Source of the DNA: an uncultured Brachymonas sp.
GTDB taxonomy: Bacteria > Pseudomonadota > Gammaproteobacteria > Burkholderiales > Burkholderiaceae_C
Direction: 5' to 3'
Assembly: GCA_964618495.1 (NCBI GenBank)
Contig: CAZUBE010000006.1
Location: 2,727 to 66,726 of the forward strand
DNA: 64,000 bases
Positions within the stretch are counted from its first letter, which is position 1. Each line of letters starts with the position of its first letter. Shown in pieces: positions 30,176 to 43,087 of the stretch. The notes under the pieces were generated by a model that was not told the origin of the DNA, searched no databases, and worked only from the letters and a program-made list of their open reading frames with translations. Both the position numbers and the translations under genes were made by a program.

Positions 30176-31408
30176 TTAAAAGTTCCTCACAACAAATTCC
30201 CTGATGCGGCCAAACCAGCCACGCGATGGATCACTTTTTCTGGCTGGCGCATAGCCACGCTGCTGCGACATCCAGGTATCTTCAAGCATGCCCATTACCA
30301 CTGAGGCACGCGATTGGCACAGCATGTCAGCCAGCGTGCTGCTGTATTGCGGCATGCCTATGCGTACGGGCTTCAGGAATATGTCTTCACCCAGCTCGAC
30401 CATGCCTGGCATCATCGCACTGCCGCCAGTCAACACTACCCCTGATGAAGCAAGATGCTCAAAGCCGGATTTCTGCACTTCTTTTTGCACGAGTTCAAAA
30501 ATTTCTTCTACGCGCGGCTCAATAACTCCAGCGAGCACCTGCTTGCTAAGTTGAGGGGGTTGACGCCGGCCGCTCAAGCCGGCTACTTCAATACGCGCAT
30601 CGGGGTCAGCCAATAGCTGTTTGGCGCACCCATGCTGCAGTTTGATATCTTCTGCATCGTCGGTTGGCGTGCGAAACGCCATGGCGATATCGCTGGTTAT
30701 TGAGCCACCTGCCACTGGCAGTACGGCTGTATGACGGATAGCACCGCCAGAAAAAACTGCCACGTCGGTAGTGCCTGCACCTATATCTACCAACACTACG
30801 CCCAATTCACGCTCATCTTCGGTCAGTGTCGCCATGCTGGCTGCAAGCGGATTGAGCATGAGATGATCTACCTCCAGACCGCATCGACGCACACATTTGA
30901 TAATGTTTTCAGCTGCACTTTGGGCGCAGGTGACGATATGCACTTTGGATTCAAGGCGCAGCCCACTCATGCCTATGGGTTCTTTGACTTCCTGACCATC
31001 AATGACAAACTCCTGAGGCTCAATCAACAATGGACGCTGATCTGTGCTGATATTGATGGCGCGCGCAGTTTCAAGAACTTTGGCGACATCACTGGGCGAG
31101 ACCTCTCGATCGCGCACTGCCACCATTCCTACTGAATTGCGTCCCCGAATATGGCTGCCAGTGATGCCTGTGATGACGCGCGTGATTTTGCAAGCTGCCA
31201 TCATTTCTGCTTCACGTACTGCCTGCTGTATGCTTTGCACGCACGCTTCGATATTGACCACAACACCACGCTTCATACCAGTGCTTGGTGCCACGCCCAT
31301 ACCCAGTACTCTGATACCTGTACCAGCCTGCATCTCGGCCACTACGGCCATGATTTTGCTGGTTCCTATATCGAGCCCGACAATTAAATCTTTGTATTCC
31401 TTGGCCAT
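30176..31408 (-). CDS. ftsA: Cell division protein FtsA
   Basis: VGLDIGTSK, VDIGAGTTD and LTGGSA. Confidence 0.98.
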   Translation of the reverse strand: MAKEYKDLIVGLDIGTSKIMAVVAEMQAGTGIRVLGMGVAPSTGMKRGVVVNIEACVQSIQQAVREAEMMAACKITRVITGITGSHIRGRNSVGMVAVRDREVSPSDVAKVLETARAINISTDQRPLLIEPQEFVIDGQEVKEPIGMSGLRLESKVHIVTCAQSAAENIIKCVRRCGLEVDHLMLNPLAASMATLTEDERELGVVLVDIGAGTTDVAVFSGGAIRHTAVLPVAGGSITSDIAMAFRTPTDDAEDIKLQHGCAKQLLADPDARIEVAGLSGRRQPPQLSKQVLAGVIEPRVEEIFELVQKEVQKSGFEHLASSGVVLTGGSAMMPGMVELGEDIFLKPVRIGMPQYSSTLADMLCQSRASVVMGMLEDTWMSQQRGYAPARKSDPSRGWFGRIREFVVRNF

Positions 31409-31414
31409 GTTGTT

Positions 31415-32257
31415 TTACATGCTCCGTATTGATTCAGGTTTTTGGGTAGATTTTTTTGCCACTTCGCTGTCACCCACAGTGCCAACGCCTTTAAGTCGAA
31501 GCGCATACCCGGCCTTGTAACGCAGGTCGGCATATTGCACATCGGCCATACTTCTGTTGTAACGCGCTACTACAGCGCCAATGGTTTGTACAAATTGGTT
31601 GATACGCTGTTGCATTTCTGCTGCAGAAGTGTTGCCCAGTACCAGTGTGGTGTCCTGATCAAATACCAATGTCCAACCACCACGGCTGTCAACAGACAAA
31701 CGCGCAATGCGGCTATGCAAAGGCTCTAACAACGGATTGAGCTGCCTCCAGGTTGCCAGCACCTGCTGCGCTGCATCATCCGGGCCATCAAGCTCGGGCA
31801 GGTTTTCTCGGCCTACTTCGTCTGGATTGGCATCGAAAATAATGCCTTCGGTATTGAGCAGGCGAAAACCTTGCTCTTCATTGCCCCAGAAAGCCGCTTC
31901 TTCGTGCTCCTGCAGTTGCACTACCAGCTGATTGGGAAACTCCCTGCGAACAGTTGCCTGGCGAATCCACGGCTGGGCTAAAAAAGTCTTGCGAACATCG
32001 TCAAGCCTGATAGTGAAAAAATTACCCCGCAACTGTGGCAGCACCTGATTTCGTACCGCAAACACATTGCTGTGCGTGGTTTGCCCTGTAATACGAATCT
32101 GGGCTATGCTAAATACTGGCAAATGAATGAGGCGCCATAACATTGCGAGCAACGCAGCAACAAACACCAACGCAAACAGCGCAGCAGCGATGACGTTCAT
32201 CACCCTGATGCTGACAGTTTCAATGCTTGATGTTTGTGCTTGCGAAGAAGATGTCAT
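31415..32257 (-). CDS. ftsQ: Cell division protein FtsQ
   Basis: TM + POTRA (PWIRQATVRREFPNQL) + DLRYKAGYA; position in dcw. Confidence 0.93.
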   Translation of the reverse strand: MTSSSQAQTSSIETVSIRVMNVIAAALFALVFVAALLAMLWRLIHLPVFSIAQIRITGQTTHSNVFAVRNQVLPQLRGNFFTIRLDDVRKTFLAQPWIRQATVRREFPNQLVVQLQEHEEAAFWGNEEQGFRLLNTEGIIFDANPDEVGRENLPELDGPDDAAQQVLATWRQLNPLLEPLHSRIARLSVDSRGGWTLVFDQDTTLVLGNTSAAEMQQRINQFVQTIGAVVARYNRSMADVQYADLRYKAGYALRLKGVGTVGDSEVAKKSTQKPESIRSM

Positions 32258-32275
32258 GGACAGTTTCCCTTTATG

Positions 32276-33310
32276 TTAGCCTGCAGGACTAGACACAGCA
32301 GGCTGTGCATTGTCCAAACTGGCACTGGCCAAAATCAGCATGCATAAATCCGCATAGGCAATGCCGATCGACTGTGCAGACATAGGCACGAGCGAGTGTC
32401 CAGTCATGCCAGGGGAGGTGTTGATTTCGAGCAAGTAGGGTTGTTGGTCGCGGCTGTTTACCATGACATCAACCCTACCCCAGCCGCGACAGCCCAGCGC
32501 ACGGTATGCCTGCAAGGCTTCTTGCTGGATACGGGCTTGCAGCTCGGCGGGCATGTTTGCGGGCGGGCAGATGTAGCGCACTTCGTCGGTAAAGTATTTT
32601 TGCTGGTAGTCGTAGTTGCCTTCTGGCGGGCAAATGTGTACCAGCGGCAAGGCGCGTGCCTGTGCGCCGCTGCCCAAAATGGGGCAGGTGTATTCTTCGC
32701 CTTGCACCATGGCTTCGCACAAGATGGCTTGGTCAATTGCTGCTACGGCTTGCATGGCTTGTGCGGTTTCAGCCACGGTGTGGACTTTGTACACGCCAAT
32801 GGACGAGCCTTCGCGCGGGGCTTTGACAACCATGGGCAAGCCAACTTTGGCAACGGCTTGCTGCACCAGTTGCGCTTGCGCGGCGCTGCTGGCTTGGGTG
32901 AAGTCGTGCGCGTCGATTTGCCAGTAGGCGGGTGTGGATATGCCTTGTGCGAGCCAAATACGTTTGGTCATGATTTTGTCCATGCCGACGCTGGAGGCCA
33001 TTACGCCTGGGCCCGTGTAGGGTATGCCCATCAATTCCAGCGCACCTTGCACCGTGCCGTCTTCACCGTAGCGGCCGTGCAGGGTGATAAAGCAGCGCTC
33101 AAAGCCTTGCTCTTTCAGGGCAAACAGGTTTTGGCTGTTTGGGTCGAAAGCATGTGCATCTACGCCTTTGTCACGCAGGGCTTGTAGCACGCCATTGCCT
33201 GACATGAGCGAGATTTCGCGCTCGGCGGAGCGCCCGCCCATCAGCACGGCGACTTTGCCCATAGCGCGTGGGTCGATGTGTGTTGCGGTGTTGTCGGCGG
33301 CGTTGCTCAT
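32276..33310 (-). CDS. ddl: D-alanine--D-alanine ligase
   Basis: [27 protein letters not shown] and [10 protein letters not shown]. Confidence 0.98.
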   Translation of the reverse strand: MSNAADNTATHIDPRAMGKVAVLMGGRSAEREISLMSGNGVLQALRDKGVDAHAFDPNSQNLFALKEQGFERCFITLHGRYGEDGTVQGALELMGIPYTGPGVMASSVGMDKIMTKRIWLAQGISTPAYWQIDAHDFTQASSAAQAQLVQQAVAKVGLPMVVKAPREGSSIGVYKVHTVAETAQAMQAVAAIDQAILCEAMVQGEEYTCPILGSGAQARALPLVHICPPEGNYDYQQKYFTDEVRYICPPANMPAELQARIQQEALQAYRALGCRGWGRVDVMVNSRDQQPYLLEINTSPGMTGHSLVPMSAQSIGIAYADLCMLILASASLDNAQPAVSSPAG

Positions 33311-34764
33311 GCTGCATCTCCTTTGCCTGCTATGTTGCTTGCTTCTTGGTTTTCTTCTCTGCCTTCGCCTGCTGCCAGTTTGGCGGGTATGGCGCCGATG
33401 GTGCCAGCGCCCATGCAAATGACGACGTCGCCAGCGCGTGCCACGCGGTGCACAGCGGCAGGAAAATCGGCTACTTGCTCTACGAAATAAGGCTCGACTT
33501 TGCCCGCTACACGCAAGGCGCGCATCAAGGCGCGGCTGTCGGCCGCCACAATGGGCTCTTCGCCAGCGGCATAAACTTCGCCCAGCAGCACCATATCGGC
33601 TTGCCCCAGCACTTTGACGAAGTCTTCAAAACAGTCGCGCGTGCGGCTATAGCGGTGCGGCTGAAAAGCCAGCAGCAGCCTGCGACCAGGGTACGCACCT
33701 CGCGCGGCGGCTAGTGTTGCTGCCATTTCTACGGGGTGGTGGCCGTAGTCGTCAATCACGGTAAAGCTGCCACCGCATTGCAAAGCCACGTCGCCGTAGT
33801 TTTGAAAGCGCCGCCCTACGCCTTTGAAATTGGCTAGTGCTTTGAGCACGGCTTCGTCTGGGATATTGAGTGTTTGTGCAATGCCGATGGCTGATAGCGC
33901 ATTGAGTACGTTGTGTTCGCCAGGCAGGTTGAGCACTACGGGCAAATCGGGCAGGCATTCGCCTGTGACGCGGTTGCAGCGGCGCACGGTAAATCGCATT
34001 TTGCCGTTATCGGGCTGCACGTTGATGGCGCGAATCTGGGCATCTTCAGACATGCCGTAAGTGGTAACGGGGCAAGTCACCATGGGCAAGATGTCGCGCA
34101 AGGCGGGGCTGTCTATGCACAGCATGGCGTGGCCATAAAACGGCATGCGGTGCAGAAAATCGACAAAGGCTTTTTTCAGGCTGCCAAAGTCGTGCCCGTA
34201 GGTTTCCATATGGTCGGTGTCGATGTTGGTGACTACGGCCATAACTGGCAAGAGCTTGAGGAAGGATGCATCAGATTCGTCTGCTTCAACTACGATGTGC
34301 TCGCCTTTGCCCAGCCGCGCGTTAGCGCCCGCACTGTTGAGCTTGCCGCCAATGACAAACGTGGGGTCTAGCCCCGCTTCGGCCAGCACACTGGTTACAA
34401 GGCTGGTGGTGGTGGTTTTGCCATGCGTGCCAGCAATGGCTATGCCGTGGCGAAAGCGCATCAACTCGGCCAGCATGAGCGCACGCGGAATGACTGGAAT
34501 ACGCGCCTGACGAGCCGCAAGCACTTCGGGGTTATCGTCTTTAACGGCGGTGGATGCCACCAGCACGTCTGCGCCTTGCATGTGGCTTTTGTCGTGCCCT
34601 GTAAAAACGCGCATACCCAGCGCTGCCAAACGGCGCGTGGTGGCGTTGTCTGCCTGATCTGAGCCTGATACGGCATAGCCCAGATGGTGCAAAATTTCGG
34701 CAATGCCACTCATGCCTGAGCCGCCTATGCCTACGAAGTGGATGTGTTTTACGGCGTTTTTCAT
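33307..34764 (-). CDS. murC: UDP-N-acetylmuramate--L-alanine ligase
   Basis: [24 protein letters not shown] and DDYGHHP. Confidence 0.98.
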   Translation of the reverse strand: MKNAVKHIHFVGIGGSGMSGIAEILHHLGYAVSGSDQADNATTRRLAALGMRVFTGHDKSHMQGADVLVASTAVKDDNPEVLAARQARIPVIPRALMLAELMRFRHGIAIAGTHGKTTTTSLVTSVLAEAGLDPTFVIGGKLNSAGANARLGKGEHIVVEADESDASFLKLLPVMAVVTNIDTDHMETYGHDFGSLKKAFVDFLHRMPFYGHAMLCIDSPALRDILPMVTCPVTTYGMSEDAQIRAINVQPDNGKMRFTVRRCNRVTGECLPDLPVVLNLPGEHNVLNALSAIGIAQTLNIPDEAVLKALANFKGVGRRFQNYGDVALQCGGSFTVIDDYGHHPVEMAATLAAARGAYPGRRLLLAFQPHRYSRTRDCFEDFVKVLGQADMVLLGEVYAAGEEPIVAADSRALMRALRVAGKVEPYFVEQVADFPAAVHRVARAGDVVICMGAGTIGAIPAKLAAGEGREENQEASNIAGKGDAA

Positions 34765-35885
34765 GCTATTAGCTCCTCGCACGCGGCTATGATGTATTCG
34801 GTGGCGTGCAGTTTTTCCATTGTTTTGGCTTTTTGTGCTTTTTCCAGCAGTTGCTCACGGGTGATGCCGCTTAAAAAGTCTGCCAGCCACTGCGCGGTAA
34901 ATTGCGCTTGCGGCTGCAACCATGCCGCGTTGGCATCAACCAGATAGCGGGCGTTGGCGGTTTGGTGGTCATCTACCGCGTAGGGAAATGGCACAAATAC
35001 CGCCGCAGCGCCTACGGCTGCCAGCTCGGTCACAGTGCTGGCTCCTGCGCGGCAAACCACCAAATCGGCTTGGGCAAAAGCCTCGGCGGTGTTGTCGATA
35101 AAAGGCAGCAGCGTAGCTACAACGCCTGCTTGCGCATAGGCTTGACGCAGTGCATCAATCTGCTTGGCACCGCTTTGGTGCATAACGTGCGGGCGATGTG
35201 CTTCATCAAGCAGTGCGAGCGCCTGCGGTACGGTGTCGTTTAACGCTTTGGCTCCCAGGCTGCCACCCACCACCAGCAATTGCAGTTTGCCTGTGCGCCC
35301 TGCCATGCGCTGCTGTGGTGCGTCTTGCTGCAAAAAGATGGTGCGCAAGGGGTTGCCTACCCAGCAGGCTTTGCCTGTGCCGCCTGCAAAGGCTGCGCCC
35401 TTGTCAGTATGGCTGCTTGCACCCAGCACATTGGGGTAAGCTGTAAAGACCCGCTTGGCAAAGCGCGAGAGCCATTTGTTAGCCATGCCTGCAACCGAAT
35501 TTTGTTCATGCAGCATCAATGGTATGCCTAAACTGGCTGCCACCAACCCCGCAGGCGCAGTAATGTAGCCACCAAAGCCGATAACAACGGCGGGCTGCAA
35601 TCTACGCAGTACAGCACGGCTTTGTTGCATAGCGCCCAGCATGCGCAATGGCAGACGCAATAAAGCGCCCATGCCTTTACCGCGCACGCCAGAAAAGTGC
35701 ACGCATTCAAAGGCAAAGCCGCGTGCTGGCACCAACTTACTTTCCATGCTATCAGGCCCGCCCAGCCAATGCACCGCCCAACCTTGGGTACGCAAAGCTT
35801 CGGCCACAGCCAGCCCCGGGAAAATGTGCCCGCCCGTGCCTCCTGCCATGATGACAGCGGTTTTGTTTATACCCAGCTTCGTCAT
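34761..35885 (-). CDS. murG: Lipid II GlcNAc transferase MurG
   Basis: [26 protein letters not shown] and RAGASTVTE. Confidence 0.98.
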   Translation of the reverse strand: MTKLGINKTAVIMAGGTGGHIFPGLAVAEALRTQGWAVHWLGGPDSMESKLVPARGFAFECVHFSGVRGKGMGALLRLPLRMLGAMQQSRAVLRRLQPAVVIGFGGYITAPAGLVAASLGIPLMLHEQNSVAGMANKWLSRFAKRVFTAYPNVLGASSHTDKGAAFAGGTGKACWVGNPLRTIFLQQDAPQQRMAGRTGKLQLLVVGGSLGAKALNDTVPQALALLDEAHRPHVMHQSGAKQIDALRQAYAQAGVVATLLPFIDNTAEAFAQADLVVCRAGASTVTELAAVGAAAVFVPFPYAVDDHQTANARYLVDANAAWLQPQAQFTAQWLADFLSGITREQLLEKAQKAKTMEKLHATEYIIAACEELIA

Positions 35886-37207
35886 AAGCGCCCCCCGTGC
35901 ATCAAGGTACGGTTCTCATGGTCGATACGCATGACTACAGCAAGTGCCACCATATTGAGCAAAATCGCTGAGCCGCCATAGCTCATTAAAGGCAAAGTAA
36001 GCCCTTTGGTTGGCAAGGCGCCCAAATTAACCCCAATATTGATAAATGCCTGAAAACCTATCCACAGGCCTATACCCTGTGCTGTAAGCCCAGCAAAAAC
36101 CCGCTCCAGACCTATGGCTTGGCGGCCAATCACGATCACTCTCCGCGTTAGCCAGAAAAACATGCCTATCAACAACACAATGCCTGCAAAGCCAAACTCT
36201 TCACCTATGACTGCCAGCAAAAAGTCGGTATGAGCCTCTGGCAACCAGTGCAATTTCTCTACGCTGCCACCGAGCCCTACCCCAAACCACTCACCTCGCC
36301 CCACTGCAATCAGCGCATGTGAAAGCTGATAACCTTTGCCCAGCACATGCTCGGCTGCCCAAGGGTTGAGGTAGGCAAAAATGCGCTCGCGCCTGAAAGG
36401 AGACATGGCAATGATGAGCGCAAACACACCCACCAAAACAACAGCTATCAGAAAAAACATGCGTGCATTGACTCCGCCCAGGAATAAAATGCCCATGGCC
36501 ACCACAGCAATGACCAGAAAAGCTCCCATATCTGGCTCTGCCAGCAACAATCCGCCCATAAAGGCTATGGTGAAGGCAATAGGCGCTACAGCACGGAAAA
36601 AGCGTTCAGCATCGCCCATATGCGTGCTTTTCTCCTGCACATCCATCTTGCGGCGAATGTAATCAGCGGCATAGAGCACAGTGGCAAATTTAGCCAGCTC
36701 TGAAGGTTGAAAATTGATAATGCCCAGACTAATCCAGCGTCTGGCACCATTCACACCTTTACCAATCCCCGGAATCAACACTGCGACCAGCAATACCAGA
36801 GACAACACAAAAAGCCAGATCGCATATTTTTCCCAAATCTTCACTGGTATATGAAACGCCAGCACAGACAATACAGACCCCATTGCCAAGGCAAATAAAT
36901 GGCGCGTCAGAAAATGTGTAGCCGCATATTTGGCAAAGCGTGGGTTGTCTGGCATAGCAATAGAGGCTGAATACACCATGACCAGCCCCCACAACAGCAG
37001 CAACACCACACTCCACAGCAAGCCCTGATCGATACCAAGCTGTGCCACCGTCAAGGAGGGCGCTTTACTTTGCCCATAGCAACGCATATGCATACGCACT
37101 GGCAAATCATCGCTCTGATTGCTGCCAGCTGTCCGCCAACGCGCTGGCAGCAGTGCCAACATACGCTGCATCAAGCTCGGGCGTGTGGGTGGCAATACTG
37201 CGCTCAT
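35882..37207 (-). CDS. ftsW: SEDS peptidoglycan polymerase FtsW
   Basis: NGARRWI, QPSELAK, EPDMG and LPEAHTDF. Confidence 0.97.
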   Translation of the reverse strand: MSAVLPPTRPSLMQRMLALLPARWRTAGSNQSDDLPVRMHMRCYGQSKAPSLTVAQLGIDQGLLWSVVLLLLWGLVMVYSASIAMPDNPRFAKYAATHFLTRHLFALAMGSVLSVLAFHIPVKIWEKYAIWLFVLSLVLLVAVLIPGIGKGVNGARRWISLGIINFQPSELAKFATVLYAADYIRRKMDVQEKSTHMGDAERFFRAVAPIAFTIAFMGGLLLAEPDMGAFLVIAVVAMGILFLGGVNARMFFLIAVVLVGVFALIIAMSPFRRERIFAYLNPWAAEHVLGKGYQLSHALIAVGRGEWFGVGLGGSVEKLHWLPEAHTDFLLAVIGEEFGFAGIVLLIGMFFWLTRRVIVIGRQAIGLERVFAGLTAQGIGLWIGFQAFINIGVNLGALPTKGLTLPLMSYGGSAILLNMVALAVVMRIDHENRTLMHGGRL

Positions 37208-38790
37208 ACCCCTCCCTCCAGCATTACACCTTTATCCTGCGCATAAATCTGCACGGCTTGCCTGAATACTTCGGCGCGATGAGCGTAATCTTTGAACATA
37301 TCAAAACTGGCGCATGCTGGCGACAGCAACACCGCATCGCCTGCCTGCGCCTGTGCGCTAGCGATTTGTACTGCTTCATCCATGCTGGATGCATGGATTA
37401 ACGGTACACCTGCTTCTTGCAGTGCTTGCGCGATCAGAGGCGCATCGCGCCCAATAAGCACAACAGCACGGCAACTTGCGCGCACAGCTGCGGCAAGCGC
37501 TGCAAAGTCCTGCCCTTTGCCTTCACCGCCCAAGATGGCAACCAGCTTGCGCTCGGCACCCAACCCTTGCAACGCTGCCAGTGTTGCGCCTACGTTGGTG
37601 CCTTTGCTGTCATCAAAATATTCCACGCTTGCAATACTGCCTACGGGTTCAACGCGGTGCGGCTCACCTCGGTATTCACGCAAGCCGTAAAGCATAGGAG
37701 CCAAAGCCGCGCCCGCTTGCTCCGCCAGCGCCAGAGCAGCCAGTGCGTTGCAGGCATTGTGGCGGCCACGAATACGCAGTGCGTCTGCTGGCATCAGACG
37801 CTGGATGTAAATATTCTCGGCGCTGCTTGTAGCGCCTGCTACCACTGCCGTGCGAATGGCTTTGGCTGGTGCCGCATCGTCAGTAGCTGCAGCGCGTACC
37901 AGCCATGTCATGCCATTGACGTGTTCTAGACCAAAATCTCCTGCGCGTTCGGGCAAGCCCGCTCCAAAGCTGAACCATGCCCGCACAGCCTGCGTTTTAC
38001 TGCTTTTAACGGCTTTAGGCTCATTGGCAGCAACTGGCAGCAATTGCTCTAGCAGCGCCATCACTGCAGGGTCATCACGATTAAGTATGGCCGTGCCATG
38101 TTTGCCAAAGATGTTGGCCTTGGCTGCTGTGTAGTTTTCAATACTACCGTGCCAGTCAAGATGGTCTTGCGTGATATTCAAAATGGTAGCCGCTGCAGGC
38201 TCAAATACCGTACATGTATTGAGCTGAAAGCTCGAGAGTTCCAGCACCCAGCTTTGAGGCAAAGCATCTGCATCCAGCGCCTGCGTCAGTGTTCCAAGCA
38301 GGGTCGGGCCAATATTGCCCGCCACGGCTACCGTTTGCCCTGCGCGCGCCAACAGTTGCCCTGTTAGGGATGTCACTGTGGTTTTGCCATTGGTACCTGT
38401 AATGCCCAGCACCTTGGGCGCATAACCACGCTCTTGCTGCAATTGTCCTAAAGCATGGACGAACAAATCAAGCTCACCGCCCACCCACAACCCTTTTTGG
38501 CGTGCAGCATCCAGCACGTCACGCGTATCTGCGGGGCTAAGCCCGGGGCTGACAAAGACTGCACACACATCAGGCTGCAACAGATCAATCGTAAAACGGC
38601 CTGCTACAAAGCGCACCTGTGGCACATCGTGCTGCAAGGCTGCCAGCTGAGGCGGCGTATCACGGCTATCTGCCACGGTCAGCTGCGCCCCACAACGTGC
38701 GCACCAACGCGCCATAGCCAGCCCTGAAGCGCCCAGCCCGAGCACCAGTACATGGCGTTGCGAAAGTGTGTTGGAGATAGTTTGCTCCAT
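37204..38790 (-). CDS. murD: UDP-MurNAc-L-Ala--D-Glu ligase
   Basis: [28 protein letters not shown] and SPACASFD. Confidence 0.98.
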   Translation of the reverse strand: MEQTISNTLSQRHVLVLGLGASGLAMARWCARCGAQLTVADSRDTPPQLAALQHDVPQVRFVAGRFTIDLLQPDVCAVFVSPGLSPADTRDVLDAARQKGLWVGGELDLFVHALGQLQQERGYAPKVLGITGTNGKTTVTSLTGQLLARAGQTVAVAGNIGPTLLGTLTQALDADALPQSWVLELSSFQLNTCTVFEPAAATILNITQDHLDWHGSIENYTAAKANIFGKHGTAILNRDDPAVMALLEQLLPVAANEPKAVKSSKTQAVRAWFSFGAGLPERAGDFGLEHVNGMTWLVRAAATDDAAPAKAIRTAVVAGATSSAENIYIQRLMPADALRIRGRHNACNALAALALAEQAGAALAPMLYGLREYRGEPHRVEPVGSIASVEYFDDSKGTNVGATLAALQGLGAERKLVAILGGEGKGQDFAALAAAVRASCRAVVLIGRDAPLIAQALQEAGVPLIHASSMDEAVQIASAQAQAGDAVLLSPACASFDMFKDYAHRAEVFRQAVQIYAQDKGVMLEGGV

Positions 38791-38793
38791 GTT

Positions 38794-39972
38794 TTAACGC
38801 AGTTTCAAAGTTGACAAGCCTGCCAAACACAGCAGTATGGTGATAATCCAAAAGCGCACAACAACCTGTGTTTCACGCCATCCGTTTTTTTCGAAATGGT
38901 GATGCAGCGGCGCCATTTTGAACAGTCGCTGTCCCGTGCCGTAACGCTTTTTGGTATAGCGAAAATACGTTACCTGCAACATGACTGAAAGCGCCTCGAC
39001 CACAAAGATACCGCCCATGATGGCAAACACAATTTCTTGCCGCACAATCACCGCAATAGTGCCCAGTGCCCCGCCCAGGGCCAACGCACCTACATCACCC
39101 ATAAACACCTGTGCAGGGTGCGTGTTAAACCATAAAAAAGCCAAGCCTGCACCCATCATGGCGCCACAAAATACCAGCAGCTCTCCTGCGCCCGCGATGT
39201 GCGGCAAAAACAGATATTCTGAATAAACCTTGCTGCCTGTCACATAGGCAAAAATGCCCAAGGCCGAGCCCACCATGACTACAGGCATGATGGCCAGTCC
39301 GTCAAGACCGTCTGTCAAATTCACTGCATTGCTGCTGCCCACTATCACCATAAAGGTCAGCGCCACAAAGCCCCATACGCCCAACGGATAGCTGATTTGC
39401 TTGATAAACGGGAGCATCAGCCCTGCCTTCGGTGGTAAATTGACACTAAAACCCGAGCTGATCCACTCCATAATCAGTTGTAGAACCCGGTAGTTATTAC
39501 TCTCTGAAATACTAAAAACCAAAAACAGCGAAGCACCCAGACCAATCAGGCTTTGCCACATGAATTTTTCGCGAGATGGCATGCCTTCGGGGTCTTTACG
39601 CACTACTTTGCGCCAGTCGTCTGACCAGCCTACTGCGCCAAAGCCAAAGGTCACAATCAACACCGTCCAGACAAAACGGTTATTCAAATCAACCCACAGC
39701 AGGGTTGAAACTGCTATCGCCAGCAAAATCAGCACACCGCCCATGGTAGGCGTGCCGCTTTTAACCAGATGGGTTTCCATGGCGTAGCCACGCACGGGCT
39801 GGCCAATTTTCAGGGCGCGCAAGCGGTTAATCACCCAAGGGCCCGCTAGCAGGCCGATGAGCAGCGCAGTCATGGCTGCCATAACTGCACGAAATGTCAG
39901 GTACTGAAAAACGCGAAGAAAACCCAGCTCGGGGTGCATCTGCAAGAGCCATTGCGTCAGCTTCATCAGCAT
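38794..39972 (-). CDS. mraY: Phospho-MurNAc-pentapeptide transferase
   Basis: [25 protein letters not shown] and APLHHHFE. Confidence 0.98.
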   Translation of the reverse strand: MLMKLTQWLLQMHPELGFLRVFQYLTFRAVMAAMTALLIGLLAGPWVINRLRALKIGQPVRGYAMETHLVKSGTPTMGGVLILLAIAVSTLLWVDLNNRFVWTVLIVTFGFGAVGWSDDWRKVVRKDPEGMPSREKFMWQSLIGLGASLFLVFSISESNNYRVLQLIMEWISSGFSVNLPPKAGLMLPFIKQISYPLGVWGFVALTFMVIVGSSNAVNLTDGLDGLAIMPVVMVGSALGIFAYVTGSKVYSEYLFLPHIAGAGELLVFCGAMMGAGLAFLWFNTHPAQVFMGDVGALALGGALGTIAVIVRQEIVFAIMGGIFVVEALSVMLQVTYFRYTKKRYGTGQRLFKMAPLHHHFEKNGWRETQVVVRFWIITILLCLAGLSTLKLR

Positions 39973-41477
39973 GTGCCTGCCTCCTTGTGTGCGGCTTGCT
40001 CTGAAGCGGCTTGCACCAGTTGGCTGGCTATCCTGTCCATCTGCATAAAACGCGAACCTTTCACGACGATGCTTTTGACTTGCGGTAGCAGCGTTTGCAC
40101 GGCTTGCCACAGTGTGTTGATGTGTTCTGCGTTGCTGGCGCTATCGCCGCAATGCTGTGCAGCGGGATGCTGCAAGGCGCTGTGCTGCGCCAGTGCGCCC
40201 AAGGTGAGCAAGTGCTCAATGCCCTGTTGCGCGGCGTATTGCCCCACTTCGGCATGAAAAGTAGCGCCCTGATTGCCCACTTCGCCCATATCGCCCAGCA
40301 CCAGCAGGCGCGGCGCGGGTAGCTCGCGCAATACGTCAATGGCGGCGAGTACCGAGTCGGGGTTGGCGTTGTAGCTGTCATCCACCAGCGTTAAAGGCCT
40401 GCCTTGCCAGTGCAAAGTCACTGCGCGCGAGCGTCCTGCCACTGGAGTGAAGGCGGTAAGCCCCTGTGCAATGTGAGGCAGACCCACCCCTGCTGCCAAG
40501 GCGCAAGCTGCAGCGGCCAGCGCGTTTTTTACATTGTGCTTGCCTGCTATGTGCAAGGCAAACTGGCACGCACCAGCAGGGGTGTGTGCCAGCACTTGCC
40601 AATGGTCGCCTTGCCATATGAGGGCGCTGGCGTAGATGTCGGCTGCGCAGCTTGGCGCAGACGCGGGCATGCTTGCATCTAACGCAAAGCGCAGGCACTG
40701 GCGCTGCCCTGCCATTTGTTGCCATAGTTGGCTGTAGGTATCGTCGGCAGGAAATACGGCTATACCGTTTTCTGGCAGGCTGGCTATGGCTTGCCCGTTT
40801 TCGTGGGCTACGGCTTCGACCGTTCCCATAAATTCCTGATGCTCACGCTGCGCGTTATTTACCAGTGCTACCGTGGGTGCTGCCATAGCAGCCAAGGCTG
40901 CAATTTCACCTGGATGGTTCATGCCCAGCTCAACTACGGCGAGCTTGTGCGTGGGACGTAAGCGCAGCAGAGTGAGTGGCACGCCAATGTCGTTATTCAG
41001 GTTGCCCTGTGTTGCCAGCGCAGCATCGTTTTCTGTATTGGCTGCTGTGGCGTTGTTTGATGCGTCAGATGTAGCTGCGTGCAGTATGCTGGCAATCATC
41101 TGTGTAACGGTGGTTTTGCCATTGCTGCCTGTTACGGCAATGAGTGGCAAGGCAAACTGCTTGCGCCATGCGCTGGCGAGTTGCTGCAAGGCTTGGTGGG
41201 TGTCGCTCACTTCCAGCCCGCTCCAGCCCATAGCTTGCAAATGTGCACGGTGGCATAGCGCGGCAGCAGCTCCTGCGGCGCGGGCTTGCTCTAAAAAATT
41301 GTTGGCATCAAAGCGCTCGCCGCGCAAGGCAACAAACAAGTCGCCTGCTTGCAGGGTGCGGGTGTCGGTGTGCACGCGGTTAATCGCTAGTGCGCCATCG
41401 CCTACCAAAGTGGCTTGCGTGTTTTGTAGCAGCAAGCCTGCCAGTTGTGCCAAGGTGGTCATGGGCTGCTGGTTCAT
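39966..41477 (-). CDS. murF: UDP-MurNAc-tripeptide--D-Ala-D-Ala ligase
   Basis: [35 protein letters not shown] and KGSRF. Confidence 0.97.
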   Translation of the reverse strand: MNQQPMTTLAQLAGLLLQNTQATLVGDGALAINRVHTDTRTLQAGDLFVALRGERFDANNFLEQARAAGAAAALCHRAHLQAMGWSGLEVSDTHQALQQLASAWRKQFALPLIAVTGSNGKTTVTQMIASILHAATSDASNNATAANTENDAALATQGNLNNDIGVPLTLLRLRPTHKLAVVELGMNHPGEIAALAAMAAPTVALVNNAQREHQEFMGTVEAVAHENGQAIASLPENGIAVFPADDTYSQLWQQMAGQRQCLRFALDASMPASAPSCAADIYASALIWQGDHWQVLAHTPAGACQFALHIAGKHNVKNALAAAACALAAGVGLPHIAQGLTAFTPVAGRSRAVTLHWQGRPLTLVDDSYNANPDSVLAAIDVLRELPAPRLLVLGDMGEVGNQGATFHAEVGQYAAQQGIEHLLTLGALAQHSALQHPAAQHCGDSASNAEHINTLWQAVQTLLPQVKSIVVKGSRFMQMDRIASQLVQAASEQAAHKEAGTC

Positions 41478-43087
41478 GGTTGTGGCTCTTTCTTGGCGGT
41501 GCAGCCAGCGCCATCTGTGCGTGCTTGCAGGGCAAGGCGCACGTGCTGCTGGTCGCTAAACGGGTGGCGCACGCCGCATATTTCCTGGTAGTCTTCGTGG
41601 CCTTTGCCTGCTACCAGCACGATGTCTGCTGCTGCGGCTTGATTGATGGCGTGGCCAATGGCGCGGGCGCGGTCTGGCTCGCTGTGTACGTTTGCGCCTG
41701 CGCTAAAGCCTGCTGCGATTTGCGCCATGATGGTTTGTGGCGCTTCGTTGCGTGGGTTGTCGCTGGTGAGCACGATGCTGTCTGCGCCGCTTTCGGCTTC
41801 CTGCGCCATAAGCGGGCGCTTGAGTGGGTCGCGGTTGCCACCGCAGCCAAATACGCACCAGAGCCGCCCGCCACGCTGTGCAGCCAGCGGGCGCAAGGCT
41901 TGCAGGGCTTTGGCTACTGCGTCAGGCGTGTGGGCATAGTCCACTGCCACCAGCGGCTGCCCAGCTTGGTTTATACATTCCATGCGGCCAGGCACGGGCT
42001 GCAAGCCATCGCACAGAGCCACGGCTTGCGCCAAAGACGTGCCTCGCGCACGCAAGCAGGCGAGCACGCCCAGCAGGTTGGCTACGTTGTAGTGTCCAAT
42101 CAGGGCGCTGTGTACGGTGATGGTTTGTGCCTCTTGTGCCTCTTGCCCGCCTTGTGCGATTTGCTCGCGCAGGTCAAAAATCAGCCCATCTTGGCCGTAG
42201 CGGATGTTGCTGGCTTGCAAACGGGCGCTGGGGTTTTGCTCTGGCTGGCAGGTAAGCGTCCAGATGTCCAGATTGTTGTATTGTTGCAGTTGTTGCAACT
42301 CTTGCGCCAATTGCCTGCCGTGGGCATCGTCGCAGTTGATGATGGCAGCACGCAGCCCTTGCCAGTCAAACAGTTTACGCTTGGCTTGCCAGTAGGCGGC
42401 CATGCTGCTGTGGTAGTCCAAGTGGTCTTGCGTGAAATTGGTAAACAGCGCCATGCCTATGCGCGTGCCGTCTAGCCTGTGCTCTTCAATGCCAATGGAG
42501 GAAGCCTCCATCACGCAGGTGCGCACACCTTGCTCCAGCAAAGAGTGCAGGTGGTGTTGTAGTGCTACGGGGTCTGGTGTAGTCAGGCCTGTGGCGGTAA
42601 TGGCTGCATCTTGCCCCGTAAAGCGCCCTACTCCCAGCGTGCCGACCATGCCTGCGCCAGCTGCATGTTGGCGTGCCAGCACCTGTGCCAACCACCACGC
42701 TGTGCTGGTTTTACCATTGGTACCTGTTACGGCAATCACGTCCATTGCTTGCGATGGATGGCGGTAAAACTCGGCTGCAATCAGTGCTGTAGCTTCGCGC
42801 AAGCCTTGGTACAGAGCCACTTTGCCTGCATGGCTTGCGGCTGCCTGCGGCTGGGCAAAGGCAAATGCACTGGCACCATCAGCTTCTGCTAGACAGGCTG
42901 TTGCGCCACGCTGCAACGCGGCTTCCACATGCGCGCGGGCATCGTGCGCCGCGCCTGGCCATGCAATAAAGGCTTGCCCTGCTTGCAATCGGCGACTGTC
43001 AGTCTGCAATACTGCAGCATGTCGCAGCAACCAGTCTGCGGCAGCTTGGACACTATTCAATAAAGGCAATACATATTGCTGCTTCAT
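41474..43087 (-). CDS. murE: UDP-MurNAc-dipeptide--meso-DAP ligase
   Basis: TGTNGKTS, TTPDP, MEASS, DYAHTPD and SDNPR (DAP-specific). Confidence 0.97.
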   Translation of the reverse strand: MKQQYVLPLLNSVQAAADWLLRHAAVLQTDSRRLQAGQAFIAWPGAAHDARAHVEAALQRGATACLAEADGASAFAFAQPQAAASHAGKVALYQGLREATALIAAEFYRHPSQAMDVIAVTGTNGKTSTAWWLAQVLARQHAAGAGMVGTLGVGRFTGQDAAITATGLTTPDPVALQHHLHSLLEQGVRTCVMEASSIGIEEHRLDGTRIGMALFTNFTQDHLDYHSSMAAYWQAKRKLFDWQGLRAAIINCDDAHGRQLAQELQQLQQYNNLDIWTLTCQPEQNPSARLQASNIRYGQDGLIFDLREQIAQGGQEAQEAQTITVHSALIGHYNVANLLGVLACLRARGTSLAQAVALCDGLQPVPGRMECINQAGQPLVAVDYAHTPDAVAKALQALRPLAAQRGGRLWCVFGCGGNRDPLKRPLMAQEAESGADSIVLTSDNPRNEAPQTIMAQIAAGFSAGANVHSEPDRARAIGHAINQAAAADIVLVAGKGHEDYQEICGVRHPFSDQQHVRLALQARTDGAGCTAKKEPQP